From NCBI RefSeq assembly GCF_001194135.2, contig NC_068996.1:18348021-18412020 (forward strand): a stretch of DNA of 64,000 nt. The letters are read 5' to 3'. The notes below the pieces were generated by a model that worked only from the letters and a program-made list of their open reading frames with translations, did not search any database and was not told where the DNA came from. Shown here piece after piece: positions 59,989 to 64,000 of the stretch (the stretch's first letter is position 1; every line of letters starts with the position of its first letter). The position numbers and the translations under genes are program-made. The DNA is from Octopus bimaculoides. Taxonomy: Eukaryota.

Positions 59989-60333
59989 GTATGTATATAG
60001 AATTTTGATTTAAAAAGAAAAATAACACAAACATATATAGAGAAAAGCTTCACTTTCATTATTGTCGTTATCATTTTTATACTAATGTTCACTTTTCCAT
60101 GTATGCATGGATCAGATGGAATCAGTTGACACACATTTTCTATGGCTGGATGCCCATCCTGTCACAAACCCTCACCTGTTTCCAAGCAAGCTAATATTTC
60201 ATTGTGACCAGACATGACTATAATCCTCCTCCAGATCGGAAGAGCGNNNNNNNNNNNNNNNNNNNNNNNNNNNNNNNNNNNNNNNNNNNNNNNNNNNNNN
60301 NNNNNNNNNNNCTCCTCCTCCTCCTCCTCCTCC

Positions 60334-60364
<31 letters not shown>

Positions 60365-60883
60365 TATCTTTATGTCTACTTTTCCATGTTTTGCATGGGC
60401 CTATTGGCTTAAGACATACTTTAAGTAACATTTAGCTTAAAATCTGGATGTGTGATAAAGAAGTTTGATTCATAATCACATGGCTTTGGGTTCAGTCCCA
60501 CTGTGTGGCACCTTGGGCAAGTGTCATCTACTACAACCAGACCAACCAAAGAAGCCTATTGTGTGTGTGTATGTAAATTTTCAAGATTCAAAAGAATCAG
60601 GTATTTAAATAGAAAAAGCATCAAGGTAGAGTCAGCAATAATGTACCTGTGTACCAACAATGTATACACATAAACATAATTATTATAGTAGATACTAAAA
60701 TCAGGTTGGGTGGGTCATCTGGCACTATGTCCTATTTGTGAGAAGTTCTTATTGTCAATTCTTACCTGTAATCACCTGATGAAAATGGTGTTTTGCTTGA
60801 TGTAACACTTTTGTTCATCAATAAAGAACATTTCTGAAACAGCTGTAGTGAAGCGCAACTTACTGTGTTATTATATATACTTC

Positions 60884-62021
60884 AGTACCTGGCTTTCGTT
60901 GACATGGAGAAAGCCTTTCACAGGGTCCCCCGATCCCTTATCTGGTGGTCAATGAGGAAACTAGGGATAGAAGAATGGTTAGTGAGAGCTGTGCGAGCCA
61001 TGTACAGAGACGCTGTCAGTAAAGTGAGGGTTGGCAACGAGTACAGTGAAGTGTTCCGGATAGAGGTAGGGGTCCACCAATGTTCAGTCCTCAGCCCACC
61101 CCTATTTATCATAGTCCTCCAGGCAATAACAGAGGCATTCAAAACAGGATGCCCCTGGGAGCTCCTCTATGCTGATGACCTTGTTCTAATTGCTGAGTCA
61201 CTATCACAACTAGAGAAGTTTCAGGTGTGGAAGACAGGTCTAGAACTGAAGAGCCTTAGAGTCAATCTAGCTAAAACCAAAGTCTTAATAAGTAGGAAGG
61301 CAGACAAATCACAAATCCCTTCGGGTAGATGGCGCTGCTCAATCTGTAGAAAAGGCATAGGTAGAAACTCTATAAGATGTACCCAGTGTAAGCTATGGAC
61401 ACATAAGAGGTGCAGCAAGCCAAGTGAGACCATAACCTGTGACCTATGCCAGGGGTGTAACCAGCCCACTTAGATGTACATTCCTTTCATTGGACATTAA
61501 ACTCTGCTAGTGAAGACCTGTTAAGGCAAGTGATATTGAAATCAAATTTGATGACAGCACCGCATGATTGGCATCCATGCTAGTGGAGCGCTAAGAGTAC
61601 CATCCGAGTGTGATCGTTGCCAGGGCCGCTGACTGGCCCCTGTCCCGGTGACACATAAAAAGCACCATTTGAGCGTGATCGTTACTAGCATCGTCTTACT
61701 GGCACTTGTGCCAGTGGTACGTGGAAAACAACATTCGAGCAAGGGCGTTGCCAGTGCCGCTGGACTGGCTCCTGTGCCGGTGACACGTAAAAACACGATT
61801 TGAGCGTGGCCGTTGCCAGTACTGCCAGACTTGCCCTTGTGCTGGTGGCATGTAAATCACCCACTACACTCTCAGAGTGGTTGGCGTTAGGAAGAGCATC
61901 CAGCTGTAGAAACTCTGCCAAATCAAAGTGGAGACTGGTGCAGCCATTTGGCTCACCAGTCCCCAGTCAAACCGTCCAACCCATGCCAGCATGGAAAGCG
62001 GACATTAAATGATGATGATGA
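60884..62021 (+). mobile_element. RTE-clade LINE fragment with internal deletion
   Basis: YLAFVDMEKAF..LLYADD..CTQCKLWTHKRCS joined directly to the ORF end/3'UTR, ending in (GAT)n at about 62021. Confidence 0.9.
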
Positions 62022-62781
62022 TATATGTATGTATATGTAACCTATATAGTTGATATATAAGTAGTGCAAATTTGGTTATTTCCCCATAAATTGGAAAAAT
62101 GATGAAACAACCTTAATCAGTTTTCAGTGTGTGTGCTTGAGTCTCCTTGTTTTGACATTCTGTGATGATTGTAAATGATTGTCACTACCTGAAAGGCAGT
62201 GTCATTCAGTTCCAATATTCTGCAAGAACATGTGTGGCTATGGGAAAATATTACCTTACTTAGAGACAGGTGAGGGTTGATAACTAGAACAGCATCAGGC
62301 CATAGAAAATCTGCCACAATAACCTTTGTGCAACCTTTCAAGCATGGAAAAATGAATGTTGAAATGAGAATGGTAATGATTGATGAGGGGGCTGGTTTAA
62401 GTCTTTTCTTATTTACTCTTTCACAATCTCTTGTTTTCTAGTCATGTATCTTCTCTACAGCAAGACACCTGCTTCTGTCCTGCTATCATACTTTAAGCTT
62501 TCATCATCTGTCACAAAGCCACTCCTCTCAACACTACACTAACCCCATTTAGTAGAGGGGGATCTTTGTCTTGCAAGTTACTTAGTGACCTCATTAGTGC
62601 CTAACCCCCCCCCCCCNNNNNNNNNNNNNNNNNNNNNNNAATACATCCTGTGGGTATTAGGAAGGATATTCAGCTGTAGAAACCAGGCCCATGCTGCCAT
62701 TGGAGCTAGGTACTGTTTTCTGGTTTGTCTCTTTCTGCTGAACTGTCTAACATATGCTAGCATGGATGACAATCATTGAAC

Positions 62782-62812
<31 letters not shown>

Positions 62813-62851
62813 TCAATTAACATACATTCTTTTTTCTCTTTCATTTTTCAG

Positions 62852-63020
62852 GATGAGACCAAACAAGCACAATTCTTGGCTCTTGCTATTGTCTACTTTA
62901 CCTCTGTATTAATGGTCTCAAAATACCGAGACATTTTAGAGCCACCGAGTCCTGCATCGACCCCAACACTGGGCCCACATCGAGGAGCAGTTCACTCTCC
63001 AACATCCAAAGATGTATCAG
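62852..63020 (+). CDS. NBEA: Neurobeachin exon 28 (169 nt, phase 0-1); gene continues beyond window
   Basis: ttttcag|GAT..TCAG|gtaaaa; [56 protein letters not shown]. Confidence 0.91.
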
Positions 63021-63247
63021 GTAAAAGACACAACAAAGTTTTATATTTCTCTCACTATTAATTTTATTGAATTTTTGATTTTCAGTTACAGAAGATGTGG
63101 TTGTGAGGTTAAGAAGTCTACTTTGCAACAAACCACATGGCTTTAGTTTCAATCCCACTGTGTTTTACCTTGAGCAAATCTCAACTACTATAACTCCATG
63201 TTGACCAAAGCCTTCAGAAACTGAAAGAAGTCTGTTATATGTGTGTG

Positions 63248-63278
<31 letters not shown>

Positions 63279-63297
63279 ATATGTATAAGTATGCATT

Positions 63298-63369
<72 letters not shown>

Positions 63370-64000
63370 CACACATATATACATACATACATGTCTGAGT
63401 TAGATTTTAAGAAGCCATCTAAGGGATATTCAATATCCAATATACTACTGGATGTGTAGCAACGTATTTTTAACCAAGTGCTTACTATTGCAGGGCAATA
63501 TTGCAATTGAATATGGGTGGAGGTAAATTGGAAATTTACCCAAGGTTTTATAAGGCAAGAAAGTGGAGAGGATATAAAATCGACAAACATCAGCCAGTAA
63601 ACATTCCATTATATCTATTTATTAAATGATAACAGACATGTGTTTAGGTGGTACAAGTAAGCGAATGAGATCAGCCAATAAATATGTAAACTGATATATA
63701 TATGTAGAGATCAATGAATAATAATAATAGAAGAGTGTTCAGATACAAATCTCTTATGGCCGTTTCTACCATGAGACCTCAGAATCTTCCAAATCATCCT
63801 CATCATGTCAGTGATATACAGGAATGAAAAAACATTGGACAGAGATTGAATAATGGTTGAGCCTCAAGGCTTCTTCAGAAAGTACAAATGTTAGGAAACT
63901 AACATGTGGGAAATTCAGTCAGCATAATAGAGTAGGGTAAATAAGATAAGATAGAGTAAAATAGGTAAAAATAAAAATTAAAAATAATGTAATATAATAG

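Overview
Eukaryotic, AT-rich, repeat-dense genomic scaffold with several N gaps. The (TA/TG/GAT/ATT)n content and SINE/LINE families point to an octopus (coleoid cephalopod) draft assembly; this is inference. The only host gene is the 5' two-thirds of a neurobeachin/LRBA (rugose/sel-2 family, BEACH-protein) orthologue on the + strand. I traced 28 GT-AG coding exons from 12472 to 63020; they splice in one continuous frame (5713 nt, 1904 codons + 1 nt). The first coding exon and the C-terminal PH-BEACH-WD40 exons lie outside the window (the first exon could instead sit in an N gap). Introns hold three distinct Tc1/mariner fossils (one full-length DD34D mariner with TIRs), RTE-clade LINE fragments whose RT carries an inserted PHD-type finger, at least three tRNA-derived SINE families, a probable non-autonomous Helitron and micro/minisatellites. 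I found no prokaryote-type system (CRISPR, defence island) and nothing I can call a proven new system. The best leads are: the PHD finger inside the LINE RT; a 2.37-kb acidic exon with its own peptide repeats; a ~94% fold-back just upstream of that exon (possible ADAR substrate); SINE tail swapping at an internal microsatellite; and an unclassified element that sits in (ATT)n tracts. Exon boundaries were counted by hand; repeat boundaries are approximate unless a TSD or TIR is quoted.
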